A stretch of 43,761 nt of DNA from an uncultured Pseudomonadota bacterium (GCA_964454175.1 CAYVSA010000003.1:24000-67760); one strand, 5' to 3'. Shown: positions 27,173 to 38,746, counted from the stretch's first letter. Numbers and translations are program-made. Notes: generated by a model from the letters alone, not told the origin.

Positions 27173-27215
27173 TTTAATGTCGCAAGCTGAACCTGGCAGT
27201 AAATCGAAGGAAGCT

Positions 27216-28043
27216 ATGACCACAGCCACCACCGGTAACTCAATAAGGGTACTTTTCATAGGCGATATCGTCGGAAAGCCCGGCAGAGTAGCGGTACGGG
27301 AAAAACTTGACGGGCTGATCGATTCTTTCAACATCGACCTTATCGCAGCAAACGCAGAGAATGCCGCAGGTGGCTTTGGCGTTACGACGCGTACCGTTTC
27401 GGAGCTGTTTGACTGTGGGGTGGACGTGATCACCACTGGCAACCACGTCTGGGACAAGAAAGAAGGCGAGGTTCTGCTGGCTGAGTCAGAAACGCTGCTG
27501 CGGCCTGCCAACTATCCGCCTTCTGTACCTGGCAGCGGTTTCTGCACTGTTTCGACACCGGGTGAAGTCAAGGTGGCGGTTGTTAACTTGTCCGGGCGAG
27601 TTTTCATGGACTGTGTTGATTGTCCCTTCCGTGCGGCGGACGCGGTCCTTGCCAGGCTCAAAGGCACGACGAGCTGCATACTGGTTGATATTCACGCCGA
27701 GGCGACTTCCGAAAAACGGGCACTTGGACTCTACCTGGACGGAAGGGTGAGCGCCGTGGTGGGTACTCACACCCACATTGCAACGGCCGATGAGCGGATC
27801 CTGGCGGGAGGTACTGCATATATCACCGATCTCGGTATGACAGGCAATGAAGAGGGCAGCGTTATCGGTATTAACTACCAGGCCGCCAAAAAACGGTTCC
27901 TGACGCAGATGCCCACCCGCTTTGACCTGGCCAAGGGGACTCCTGTACTTAATGGTGCTGTTATTACCATCGACGTAGATTCCGGGAAAGCCCTTGCCAT
28001 AGAACGCGTTACAAGGTCTCTTGACCGTAACGTCTCTCCTTGA
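27216..28043 (+). CDS. ymdB: YmdB-family metallophosphoesterase (TIGR00282)
   Basis: 'FIGDIVG', 'NAENAAGG', 'GNHVWD', 'DIHAEATSEK', 'GTHTH'. Start placed at ATG 27216. Confidence 0.95.
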   Translation: MTTATTGNSIRVLFIGDIVGKPGRVAVREKLDGLIDSFNIDLIAANAENAAGGFGVTTRTVSELFDCGVDVITTGNHVWDKKEGEVLLAESETLLRPANYPPSVPGSGFCTVSTPGEVKVAVVNLSGRVFMDCVDCPFRAADAVLARLKGTTSCILVDIHAEATSEKRALGLYLDGRVSAVVGTHTHIATADERILAGGTAYITDLGMTGNEEGSVIGINYQAAKKRFLTQMPTRFDLAKGTPVLNGAVITIDVDSGKALAIERVTRSLDRNVSP

Positions 28044-28053
28044 GATCTTTCAT

Positions 28054-29244
28054 ATGGCTGGGTCGGGCCCCCTCACTGTATCTGAACTGACCCATATGAT
28101 CTCCTCAACCCTGGAGGCCGCCTTCCCGCCTTTGTGGGTGGAGGGCGAGATCTCCGACATGTCCACCTCCATGAGCGGGCATGTCTACTTCAGCCTCAGA
28201 GACGGAACCTCGCTGCTCAGAGCGGTAATGTTCCGCCGCGCATCGTCAAGAAATTCCTTCACACCTGAAGACGGCGACAATGTCCTTGTATTTGGCAGAA
28301 TATCTGTTTATGAGCCAAGGGGGACCTACCAGCTCATTGTGGAGCAGATGGAGCCAAGGGGTCTCGGTGCCCTCCAGGCTGCCGTTGCCCGGCTCCATGA
28401 GAGACTGTCGGCAGAGGGCCTTTTCGCTCCCGAGGAGAAAAAGACCCTTCCGACCCTGCCGGCGACAGTGGGTATTGTAACCTCCAGAACAGGCGCTGCC
28501 CTCAGGGATATTCTCAAGGTTTTTGATGAAGAGGGGACGAGGGTGGAGATAGTTCTTTCACCAGCTCAGGTCCAGGGAGATCAAGCACCGGTTTCCATTG
28601 TTAACGCGCTGACCCTGCTGGAGAAACGGCAAGAGCTCGACCTCATCATTTTGGGCAGGGGCGGAGGTTCATACGAGGATCTGATGGCTTTTTCCGATGA
28701 AAAGGTGGTGAGAGCAGTCGCAGCATGTCAGGTACCTGTGATATCCGCGGTTGGTCACGAGATCGACACGGTCCTTTCCGATCTTGCTGCAGACCACAGG
28801 GCTCCGACACCTACGGCTGCTGCCCAGATGGTCACCTCATCCTGGAAAGAGGCTGCGTCACTTATCGATAGCCTGTCCTCGCGCCTGATATTCAGTGTTG
28901 AGCGGGTGCTGCAAAGTTCCCGAATGCGTCTTGCGGCAGCAGGCACTGGTCTGGTACCGCCGGAGCACAGGCTGAGAGTGGGGAGATTGAGGGTTGACGA
29001 GCTCGGTGCCAGGTTAAGAGGATTTGTCCGCGTTGCTCTGTCCACCAGGAGGCGTGACCTTCAGGCGTTGAAAAGCCTCCTGACCTCCCTTGGGCCCGAA
29101 TCGGTCCTGAAAAGGGGATATGCTATCCTCCTGAAGGAGGATGGAACTGCTGTACGCGGACCTGGTGATGTTGAGACTGATGAAGCCCTGTCGGCAAGGC
29201 TGTCGGAAGGGTCGATCAACGTTAAGGTGACGGATACTGATTGA
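28054..29244 (+). CDS. xseA: Exodeoxyribonuclease VII large subunit
   Basis: 'WVEGEIS', 'GHVYFSL', 'RGGGSYEDL', 'SAVGHEID', 'APTPTAAA', 'LKRGY'. Confidence 0.97.
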   Translation: MAGSGPLTVSELTHMISSTLEAAFPPLWVEGEISDMSTSMSGHVYFSLRDGTSLLRAVMFRRASSRNSFTPEDGDNVLVFGRISVYEPRGTYQLIVEQMEPRGLGALQAAVARLHERLSAEGLFAPEEKKTLPTLPATVGIVTSRTGAALRDILKVFDEEGTRVEIVLSPAQVQGDQAPVSIVNALTLLEKRQELDLIILGRGGGSYEDLMAFSDEKVVRAVAACQVPVISAVGHEIDTVLSDLAADHRAPTPTAAAQMVTSSWKEAASLIDSLSSRLIFSVERVLQSSRMRLAAAGTGLVPPEHRLRVGRLRVDELGARLRGFVRVALSTRRRDLQALKSLLTSLGPESVLKRGYAILLKEDGTAVRGPGDVETDEALSARLSEGSINVKVTDTD

Positions 29245-29252
29245 TAAAACGA

Positions 29253-29399
29253 GTTCCAGGTTCCAGGTCTCAGGATTTTTCACCACAGAGATCACAGAGG
29301 AAAACCTTGGTTTGGGGTTAAGTCAGAATATCAACTAACAACTTTCAAACATACATTTCCAATGCTCTAATCTCCAATATCGAATCTCGAATATCGTAA
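29253..29399. repeat. Composite 7-mer/9-mer arrays
   Basis: GTTCCAG GTTCCAG GTCTCAG; CCACAGAGA TCACAGAGG; TATCAAC TAACAAC TTTCAAA; CTCTAAT CTCCAAT ATCGAAT CTCGAAT ATCGTAA. Confidence 0.8.
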
Positions 29400-29430
29400 A
29401 AAAAAGCCCGGGAATTTCCCGGGCTTTTTT
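29400..29430. terminator. Bidirectional terminator between xseA and groEL
   Basis: A6-GCCCGGGA-ATT-TCCCGGGC-T6 between convergent genes. Confidence 0.9.
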
Positions 29431-29449
29431 CCAATATGTGAAACGACTA

Positions 29450-31412
<1,963 letters not shown>

Positions 31413-31520
31413 GCGAACTTTCCTCCTTTACCTGAAACAGTTTTGTTTATCGGCCAAGCTACCGCCTCCGTACCCTCTCGATGGTGGAAGCAGACAGAAA
31501 CTCAGCACCGGATACAGCAT

Positions 31521-31547
31521 TTAGCACTCAACGATGTAGAGTGCCAA
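31521..31547 (-). promoter_or_regulatory. CIRCE element (HrcA operator)
   Basis: TTAGCACTC-N9-GAGTGCCAA, one mismatch to consensus, upstream of groS. A TTGATT-N16-TATATT promoter-like sequence lies at 31583-31556 on the minus strand. Confidence 0.95.
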
Positions 31548-31601
31548 CAGGGGGCAATATAACCAACAATAAATAAAAATCAAGGGGGAGTTTAAATAAA
31601 A

Positions 31602-31704
31602 GTTTCAAGTTCCCAGTTTCAGGTTCCAGGTTTTCAAGTACTGGCAGCTGATCACTGTCTTACTAACCACCCCGACATCCCCATACTCCGATACCCTGAT
31701 ACGT
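31602..31704. repeat. Composite 7-mer and 8-mer arrays
   Basis: GTTTCAA GTTCCCA GTTTCAG GTTCCAG; ACTGGCA GCTGATC ACTGTCT; ACCCCGAC ATCCCCAT ACTCCGAT ACCCTGAT. Confidence 0.8.
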
Positions 31705-31797
31705 ATTCACAACCCCGACCTTGTAAAAGACCGTTAACTTCCTATAAAATGCCACGGATTGGGAGAAGTTATTAAACAACGTCCCAGGGAGTTGCCG

Positions 31798-32493
31798 GTG
31801 CAGGTTGTCAAGACTATTATCAGGAGGTATATGCTCACGGGGATCCTCGTCCTGATACCACTTCTCCTGACTGCATGGGCCCTGCTGACCGTTTTTAAGT
31901 GGACTGACAAGGTCCTTGCTCTTATCCCTGTTAATTACAGACCAGAGGCTTTGCTGGGTTTTCCCATCCCGGGCCTGGGCCTTATTATGACATTCCTGAT
32001 CATCCTGATAATAGGCGCCTTTGTCGCCAATGTTATCGGCCGTAAACTCCTTGCTCTGGGTGAGAAGCTGGTCGATAAAATACCGCTCCTCAGGTGGTTC
32101 TATTTTTCTTCAAAGCAAATGCTGGAGGCTATCATTGTCAAGGAAGAGGATCGCTTCAGGCGGGTGGTCCTGGTCCAGTACCCCAGGAAGGGTCTTTACA
32201 GTATTGCATTTATTACGGGAGAGAGCACAGGAGAGCTCAGGAAGAAAGTGCCCGGACGTTCTTATACGGTTTTCATCCCGACAACGCCCAATCCCACTTC
32301 TGGCTTCCTCTACATAGTCCCTGAAAGTGAGATAACCCCGCTCACCTGGAGGGTCGATGAAGCTTTCCGCATGATCATTTCTGCCGGGGTCATCCTTCCA
32401 TCTGAACCTGAAGCAATATACGTGAACGGTCCATTCGGTCATCCCGATGAATCTGCGGAAAAGACAGCGGAGGATTTAAAGAACGATGGATAG
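31798..32493 (+). CDS. DUF502 membrane protein
   Basis: Two TMs; 'VLVQYPRKG', 'VFIPTTPNPTSGF', 'IISAG'. Start GTG 31798 or TTG 31759. Confidence 0.9.
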   Translation: MQVVKTIIRRYMLTGILVLIPLLLTAWALLTVFKWTDKVLALIPVNYRPEALLGFPIPGLGLIMTFLIILIIGAFVANVIGRKLLALGEKLVDKIPLLRWFYFSSKQMLEAIIVKEEDRFRRVVLVQYPRKGLYSIAFITGESTGELRKKVPGRSYTVFIPTTPNPTSGFLYIVPESEITPLTWRVDEAFRMIISAGVILPSEPEAIYVNGPFGHPDESAEKTAEDLKNDG

Positions 32494-33364
32494 AGTGCTC
32501 CGGCAATACCAGGCTGTTTGCATCTTCCTGCTGGCAGCCTGCCTGATCCTGGCGTCTGCCCCGGCAGCGTTTGCCGACGCTGAAGATATCCGGACAGGGA
32601 GAAAACTCACTGTACTAGAGCCGGAGGAGGGGGGGCAGCTCGACCCCGCCTTCGATCTGATAATGGAGAAGCTTGACAGCGATATCAACTATTTTCTATC
32701 AGCACCCTTCAGGATGACTCCCAAGGCTACCGCCTACTTTGGTGTCACCATCCTGACTACGATCTACCTGCTGGATTTCGACGACGAATATCTCGATGAT
32801 ATTTCTTCAAAACAGGGCAGCAGTTCAGACCGGATATATGAACGCCTCAATGTTGCCGGCTCCAATATACCCGAGATCGCCGCGGGGATGTACCTGCTGG
32901 GGAGTTTTGTAAAAAGCAGGGCGCTAAAGTCCAAATCACTCCAGGGCCTCGAAGCCTCAGCGCTGACCGCGCTTTTTGCTGGTGTTTCGGGGTACTTCAT
33001 CGGCCACGCTGCACCGGACCAGTCCGCAAGCTCGGGTAATTTCAGGTCTCTGACACAGTTCAGGTCCATGCCCGACTTGAGCACGGCTCTCTCCTTCTCA
33101 TTTGCAGGCGTGCTTGCCTACGACCAGCGGTTGATGCCCCAGATCGTTATTTACGGTCTAACAACGGGGATAGGTTTTGCCAGGCTGTACGACCGGCAGG
33201 CCTGGCCGTCCGATGTTTTCCTGGGCGCCGTGATGGGCATTACAGTCGGCCGGACAGTTGCCCACCGCTCCAGGGGGTCTTCGCCGGACAGGCTTTCCAT
33301 CTATCCAACGTCGCTCTCCTCCTCAAGCTCCGCACTCGGAGTCGGGCTAAGCTATAAATTCTGA
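32486..33364 (+). CDS. PAP2-fold membrane protein, catalytic motifs degenerate
   Basis: Signal-like N-terminus; PAP2 scaffold 'ARLYDRQAWPSDVFLGA'; C1-C3 residues replaced; ends 'LSYKF'. Confidence 0.7.
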   Translation: MDRVLRQYQAVCIFLLAACLILASAPAAFADAEDIRTGRKLTVLEPEEGGQLDPAFDLIMEKLDSDINYFLSAPFRMTPKATAYFGVTILTTIYLLDFDDEYLDDISSKQGSSSDRIYERLNVAGSNIPEIAAGMYLLGSFVKSRALKSKSLQGLEASALTALFAGVSGYFIGHAAPDQSASSGNFRSLTQFRSMPDLSTALSFSFAGVLAYDQRLMPQIVIYGLTTGIGFARLYDRQAWPSDVFLGAVMGITVGRTVAHRSRGSSPDRLSIYPTSLSSSSSALGVGLSYKF

Positions 33365-33612
33365 CCCGTATTGCGGTCACCCGAGACCCCCCGCTTCCAT
33401 ACTATCGTCGTAAATTTCCAATTGTCACATCAGCCTGCCATTTTCTCTCTGGCGGTCACCTCGAAGTCTTCGGCCAGCCGTTGCTCCCCGGGACTGAACA
33501 GTTACGAAGATAATACTTGACGACTTTGCTTGACTAATTTAGGTTGGGATGGGTTTGAATGGCACCATTTAAGGTGAAATATGATGTTGCAAAGTGAAAA
33601 GGGGGGAAGTAA

Positions 33613-34080
33613 ATGGCAATGAGGCTGTCTACCAAGAGCAGGTACGGGGTACGCGCACTTTTCGATATGGCATATCACTCCATTGGTCTTCCTACCCAGA
33701 TAAAGGACATTTCCAGGAGACAACAGATCAGCCCCAGGTACCTGGAGCAGATCTTCCAGAAACTGAAAAAGGCCGGGATCATGGGCAGCAAAAGAGGTCC
33801 CAACGGGGGATATTTTCTTCTCAAACAGCCTGAGGAGATAACACTGGGTGATGTTGTCAGAGCTACGGAGGGTCCATTCGAACTGGTTTTCTGTATCAGC
33901 GAAAACCCGAAAAAGATCTGTCCCAGGAAGGAAGAGTGTGTAGCTACAGAGATGTGGACTGAAGTCAGCAGCAAGATCGGGGAGTTTTTCGATTCCATTA
34001 CTATAGCCGAACTCTGCAGCCGGGCCAAGGAACTGGGTGTTGAAAGGGAGTTTGACCACCCGTATACCTACCACATCTGA
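33613..34080 (+). CDS. Rrf2-family regulator (IscR-like, three Cys)
   Basis: 'MRLSTKSRYGVRAL', 'YLEQIF', 'SKRGPNGGY', C-x8-C-x5-C. Confidence 0.93.
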   Translation: MAMRLSTKSRYGVRALFDMAYHSIGLPTQIKDISRRQQISPRYLEQIFQKLKKAGIMGSKRGPNGGYFLLKQPEEITLGDVVRATEGPFELVFCISENPKKICPRKEECVATEMWTEVSSKIGEFFDSITIAELCSRAKELGVEREFDHPYTYHI

Positions 34081-34146
34081 ACTCTTTATTCCGGTTGGTC
34101 GTCTTTAAATCTGCAGCAGCGTGTGCGGGGTTTCAAATTGAAAGCA

Positions 34147-34974
34147 ATGGGAACCAGAAACAGCCGCTTTACCCCGGGAGTAGCCAGGCTCCATTCGATT
34201 ATCAATGAAATGGGGCGAACTATGGTGGCTTTCTCCGGGGGAGTGGACAGTACCTATCTCCTGCGCAAAGCTCTGGACGTTCTCGGCAAGGACGCTGTGC
34301 TGGCTGTTCACATCCGCAGCCCTCTCCAGGCTGAAGGCGAGGCTCAACAGGCTATCGACCTTGCGCGGTCAATGGGAATCCGAGTCCGCAGTGTTGAGAA
34401 AGATCCCCTGATCATTGAAGAAGTAGCCGGTAATCATCCGGATCGCTGCTATCACTGCAAGATGGCAGTGTTTTCAACCCTGATGGATATGGCATCACGA
34501 CTGGAGATCCCGTGGGTCATGGATGGTACCAATGCCGATGATGCCGACCACTACAGGCCGGGCCTGAACGCTCTGGCTGAACTCAAGGTCCGCAGTCCCC
34601 TCCGGGAAGCAGGTTTGCGCAAGGCGCAGATACGTAAAGAGTGCCGGAAAATGGGTCTTCCTGTCTGGAACCGCCCTTCTGCACCGTGCCTGGTGACCCG
34701 ATTTCCCTATGGCCAGCAGATAACTGAAGTTGACATAAGAAGGGTGGACAGCGGTGAGAGCCTTCTCAAGTCCATGGGCTTTGATACCGTACGTCTCAGG
34801 GTTCACGAAGACATCGCCAGGATCGAGGTCCCTCCGGACAGGATCGGTGAGCTTCTTGGGGCTGCGCAGGGCCCCGATCTTGTCCCCTCCCTTAAAATCC
34901 TGGGTTTCAGGTACGTTACGGTGGACATGGAGGGATTCCGTTCAGGCAGCATGGACGAGGCCCTGGTCAACTGA
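34147..34974 (+). CDS. larE: LarE-family ATP-dependent sulfur transferase
   Basis: PP-loop 'AFSGGVDS', 'RCYHCK', 'DGTNADD..YRPG', 'PCLVTRFPYG', 'GFRSGSM'. Start ATG 34147 or GTG 34123. Confidence 0.92.
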   Translation: MGTRNSRFTPGVARLHSIINEMGRTMVAFSGGVDSTYLLRKALDVLGKDAVLAVHIRSPLQAEGEAQQAIDLARSMGIRVRSVEKDPLIIEEVAGNHPDRCYHCKMAVFSTLMDMASRLEIPWVMDGTNADDADHYRPGLNALAELKVRSPLREAGLRKAQIRKECRKMGLPVWNRPSAPCLVTRFPYGQQITEVDIRRVDSGESLLKSMGFDTVRLRVHEDIARIEVPPDRIGELLGAAQGPDLVPSLKILGFRYVTVDMEGFRSGSMDEALVN

Positions 34975-35235
34975 CCGGACGAGAAACCTGACACTTCCCG
35001 GGGAATAGTCCCGATCCGCCCTGGCAAATCAAAAACTCTCCCGCTTGACCCTGTAATCCCCGTGTTTGGAAATTTTGGTTCATCTCCAGCCTTTATACTC
35101 ACACTGTTGTCAATCGAGGTGTTCATCCGTATACTCATAGGCCGGGCAGACAGGAAGCACTCGACCCGGAGATATCAGTGGCTGCCTGCCGTAGAATAAA
35201 TCTGACATTCGTAAAGCAGGAGAGGAAACGTCAGC

Positions 35236-35814
35236 ATGTTTTTGAAACCTTCCTTTCGGACTCTCGGTTTTCTGCTCACAGTTCTATATCTTTCCGGCTG
35301 TGCGGGACCTGCGGTCAGGGACATGTCCAGGGTGCCATACGAAGATCGTCTCACCCTTGCAACTATCCAACGGCAGTCCGGCCAGGTTGAGTCAGCAAAA
35401 TCCGTTCTCAGAGGCGCCATCGAGCAGTACCCGAACAGGCCGGAAGCCAATGTCCGCCTCGGGGACATCCTGTTTGTGGAGGATGATCTCCAGGGTGCTG
35501 CTGACAGCTATCAGGCAGCGGTTGAGGCCGGGTCAACCGACCCTGTGATGCTGAATAACTACGCCTGGGTCATGACGAACATGGGTCGTCACGGAACCGC
35601 GCTAAGCCTTATTGAAAGCGCTGTTAACCTTGCTCCGAAGCCCCTCTACCCTTATCTGGACACCAGGGCTATGGTGCTCAGGTCCCTGGGCAACTATAGT
35701 GATGCCCTCAAATCTGCCGAACTGGCTCTCGCCCTGACACCCGATCGCGACGAGAAGATGCGAAAGCATCTCCAGGCATTGATCGAAGAGATGAAAAATG
35801 CTTCCGGCGAATGA
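35236..35814 (+). CDS. TPR lipoprotein
   Basis: Lipobox LSGC; 'LNNYAWV', 'YLDTRA' TPR pattern. Confidence 0.85.
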   Translation: MFLKPSFRTLGFLLTVLYLSGCAGPAVRDMSRVPYEDRLTLATIQRQSGQVESAKSVLRGAIEQYPNRPEANVRLGDILFVEDDLQGAADSYQAAVEAGSTDPVMLNNYAWVMTNMGRHGTALSLIESAVNLAPKPLYPYLDTRAMVLRSLGNYSDALKSAELALALTPDRDEKMRKHLQALIEEMKNASGE

Positions 35815-35844
35815 GCTCTGCAGCTGAGTGAGAGCGGAAATTTC

Positions 35845-37005
35845 ATGGAAGATGAGCTGAAAAGTTATATTCACCGGTTAAGCCTTTCCTATCCCGACCG
35901 TTTCATTGGTTCGACCGGCCATCGCAAGGCCTCTGACTACCTGATCCACACCTTGCGGTCCTGGGGGCTGTGGGTCCGGACCCAGCAGTTCAAGGTGGAG
36001 ATCACCATCCCCGTGAAATGGTCGTTGATGGTCGATGTGGGTCGAGGTTTCAAAGATGTCGAGGCGCTGCCGGGCCTCGGGTCTCCATCCCTGAATGGAG
36101 TGGAGACGGATGTTGTACCAGTTGGGTATGCCCGCGGCGAGGACTATTCTGATGGGGCTGGCTACTCAGGCAACGTTCATCTGGCTAAATTGTGGAAGGT
36201 ACATGAGACTTCCAAGATTATCGAGGCAGCCCAGCAAGGTGCCCCGGCACTACTATGGTACAACGAACATTTCGATGAACTGTACTCTGGTGCCTGCGAT
36301 TACAGCCAGGCTCCCATCCCCGGTCTGTCGATCAAAAAGACAGTTGCTGATAGCATACTGAAGGCTGGCGGCGGGAGGGTGAAGGTTTCGGTAAGGTCAA
36401 AGAGAAAGACGATCAAATGCAGGAACATAATGGCAGGTCATGGCCCTGAAACGGGCAGGCATGCCATTTTGGCGTCTCACTATGATTCCAGGCCTAAAAC
36501 TCCCGGTGCCAGCGATGACGCCTCCGGTGTCAGTGTAATGCTTGCTTTCATCAGGAATGGTCTTGGAAGGGACCTGCCGTGTGATGTACAGTATTTTTTT
36601 GCAGACTGCGAAGAGGAAGGGTGCGTAGGTGCCCACCGGCAGGCAACCGATCTGTACAGAAAAAACCTGCTCAGGGACGTTTCGTGCATGGTTAATCTTG
36701 ATGCGGTTGGCTGGCCAAACCTCTGTCTTATAACCCGGGACCGTGAGACTGTGCTGGATGAAGAGATGGCCCAGACTGCTGCAAGTGTGTTGAGCACAAT
36801 GGGATATACTCCCGAAAAAGTCCGCTCCAAGAGCGGAAAGAGCAACCATACGCCCTTTGCGCTTCTGGGCGTGAATTCAGTCTGGATATCGGATTACCCA
36901 AATTATGTCAGACACTCCGCCCTTGATAACGCCTTCAACATCGATTACCCAACAATGAGCCTGGTAACTGAAGCACTGCCTCGAATTTTTACGGAGATCT
37001 GCTGA
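35845..37005 (+). CDS. M28-family Zn peptidase with PA-like insert
   Basis: 'SHYDS', 'GASDDASG', 'EEEG', 'NLDAVG', 'RHSALD'. Confidence 0.88.
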   Translation: MEDELKSYIHRLSLSYPDRFIGSTGHRKASDYLIHTLRSWGLWVRTQQFKVEITIPVKWSLMVDVGRGFKDVEALPGLGSPSLNGVETDVVPVGYARGEDYSDGAGYSGNVHLAKLWKVHETSKIIEAAQQGAPALLWYNEHFDELYSGACDYSQAPIPGLSIKKTVADSILKAGGGRVKVSVRSKRKTIKCRNIMAGHGPETGRHAILASHYDSRPKTPGASDDASGVSVMLAFIRNGLGRDLPCDVQYFFADCEEEGCVGAHRQATDLYRKNLLRDVSCMVNLDAVGWPNLCLITRDRETVLDEEMAQTAASVLSTMGYTPEKVRSKSGKSNHTPFALLGVNSVWISDYPNYVRHSALDNAFNIDYPTMSLVTEALPRIFTEIC

Positions 37006-37006
37006 G

Positions 37007-38608
37007 GTGCTGCCCTACGCAGCGTCAAGAGTCCAAAGACTGGCGTTGAGGCTGTCATTCGCGGCCGTTGTGCTTTCCTGGAGCCTTCTGAAGGGTCCGG
37101 ATGCGGGTGCGCTTACAGTACCGTTCCTGGTGGTTTTATTTGCCCTGTACTCTGCTGCGCTCTCCTTATGGGAAAAAAAATTCAGCCTCACTTCCAGGAT
37201 GCAGTTGTTCTTTACACTGGGCGATTTTATTTTCGCGGGGACCCTGATCTTTTTAACCGGCGGTATAAACAGCGATTTTCACCTGCTGCTTTACATGATC
37301 GTTGCTTTTAACTCTCCCTTCGCCACCCGCGTTCAGACTTTCATTATCCCAACTGCCGGCACCCTGGCGTACACTGGTGCGGTTCTGTCCACCGCTGGTG
37401 AAGCTTACTGGTTCGATATCGCACTGCGCATCAGTCTCCTCTGGCTGCTTGCCCCGCTTCTGAAGGCTATATCGGAAAAAGCAGTGGGAGAACGCGAGAG
37501 GGCTGAGAAACTGGCCGGTGAGCTTTCTACGACCCACGATCAGATCAGGCGATATACTGCCGCCCTCGAAAAAGCCAACGTCCAGAAAGAACAGTCCCTT
37601 GACAGGATCACCCTGCTCCACCGTTTTGGAATAGAAGTATTCGCACAGCGGAAATACGAAAAAGTCTACGATCTGGTACTGGATGTTGCTGGAGAAGTCA
37701 GTGAGTCAAACCAGGTTTTTTTCGTCCATAAAAAATCCGCTGCGTTGCCCAGGAAGGTAGTTCGTTTCAGGGCAGGACCTTCGACCGGGTTGGATAAATG
37801 GGTCAGGGAAAACGCGTTGAAGGTTGATATTGAAGATGGTGAATTTCTACTCCTTGAGCTGGAAAGTGGTGAATCATACAAGTTGTACCGGTTCCAGAGG
37901 CTCAGTGACACTGGCTGTGAAGTTGTGCTCGGTATTGTGCAGCCTGAGGGCAGCCACTCAATGGATACGAACCAGTCAAGTACCCTGTCTGCACTGGTGG
38001 ACAGGGCTGAAATGCAGCTGGAACTGATAAGGCTCCAGATGGTTCTGGAAGAGTCCAACGAGAGGCTCCAGGAGAGCAACAGTCACCTCACGAGACTCCA
38101 CGAGCTGAAAAATGAGCTATCCGGAGCCTTCCTTGCCAACAGCGACACGGAAAAGGTCCTTGATAAGATACAGGATATTCTTGCGAAAGAACTCTTTGAA
38201 CTGGACCGGCTCAACCTCTTCATGCCCGACAGTAATAATGAGATGCTGGAGTGCAGGACATCGGTGGGAATAGGTGAATATCCTGTTGAGGATATCAGGG
38301 TTCCGGTAGACGAGCGCGGTGGAGCAATTTCACTGGCCTACAGGTCAGGTGAGACGATCTTCTACAATGGTAAAGGGCCGGTACCTGATCAGATGCGGAT
38401 AGCAAAGCCCTTCTCCCTCATACCGGCAATCAGGTCCAGGATCTTCGTCGTAGTCCCTCTCATTGATCATGAGGGAACAGTACTTGGTGTTATCGGGGCT
38501 GACAGGAAATTCACCCACCGCCCCATTTCTCCGGAAACGGTAGCCATGCTGGAGTTTTTCGCAACCCACGTTGCAGTTGTCCTGGCACTGGGGAAAAGAT
38601 CTCTATGA
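37007..38608 (+). CDS. Membrane protein with coiled coils and C-terminal GAF domain
   Basis: About five to six TMs ('LIFLTGGINSDF'), coiled coils, GAF 'VVPLIDHEGTVLGVIGAD..MLEFFATHVAV'. Confidence 0.75.
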   Translation: MLPYAASRVQRLALRLSFAAVVLSWSLLKGPDAGALTVPFLVVLFALYSAALSLWEKKFSLTSRMQLFFTLGDFIFAGTLIFLTGGINSDFHLLLYMIVAFNSPFATRVQTFIIPTAGTLAYTGAVLSTAGEAYWFDIALRISLLWLLAPLLKAISEKAVGERERAEKLAGELSTTHDQIRRYTAALEKANVQKEQSLDRITLLHRFGIEVFAQRKYEKVYDLVLDVAGEVSESNQVFFVHKKSAALPRKVVRFRAGPSTGLDKWVRENALKVDIEDGEFLLLELESGESYKLYRFQRLSDTGCEVVLGIVQPEGSHSMDTNQSSTLSALVDRAEMQLELIRLQMVLEESNERLQESNSHLTRLHELKNELSGAFLANSDTEKVLDKIQDILAKELFELDRLNLFMPDSNNEMLECRTSVGIGEYPVEDIRVPVDERGGAISLAYRSGETIFYNGKGPVPDQMRIAKPFSLIPAIRSRIFVVVPLIDHEGTVLGVIGADRKFTHRPISPETVAMLEFFATHVAVVLALGKRSL

Positions 38609-38746
38609 AGAGATCATCAATGGTTCCATGAAGTTTTTCGGGTAGAAGGTTAATTGGGCATTGGAAAAACGGGGTCCTAAGTTTAAAGTGATCACAGGAG
38701 CATTCGGTAAACTTGAGAACTTTGATCAGGAGTGAGCGGGTATAAT

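Noticed and set aside
27138-27215. N-terminal extension of YmdB in the ORF track
   Set aside because: Runs through repeat DNA; ATG 27216 with an upstream GAAGGA fits the family better.
26528-27511. 327-aa minus-strand ORF
   Set aside because: Antisense to rny/ymdB; no recognisable motifs.
33352-33501. Minus-strand frame with in-frame TGA next to Cys (MAG*CDNW) as a selenoprotein
   Set aside because: No credible start/RBS, no evident SECIS, no family resemblance.
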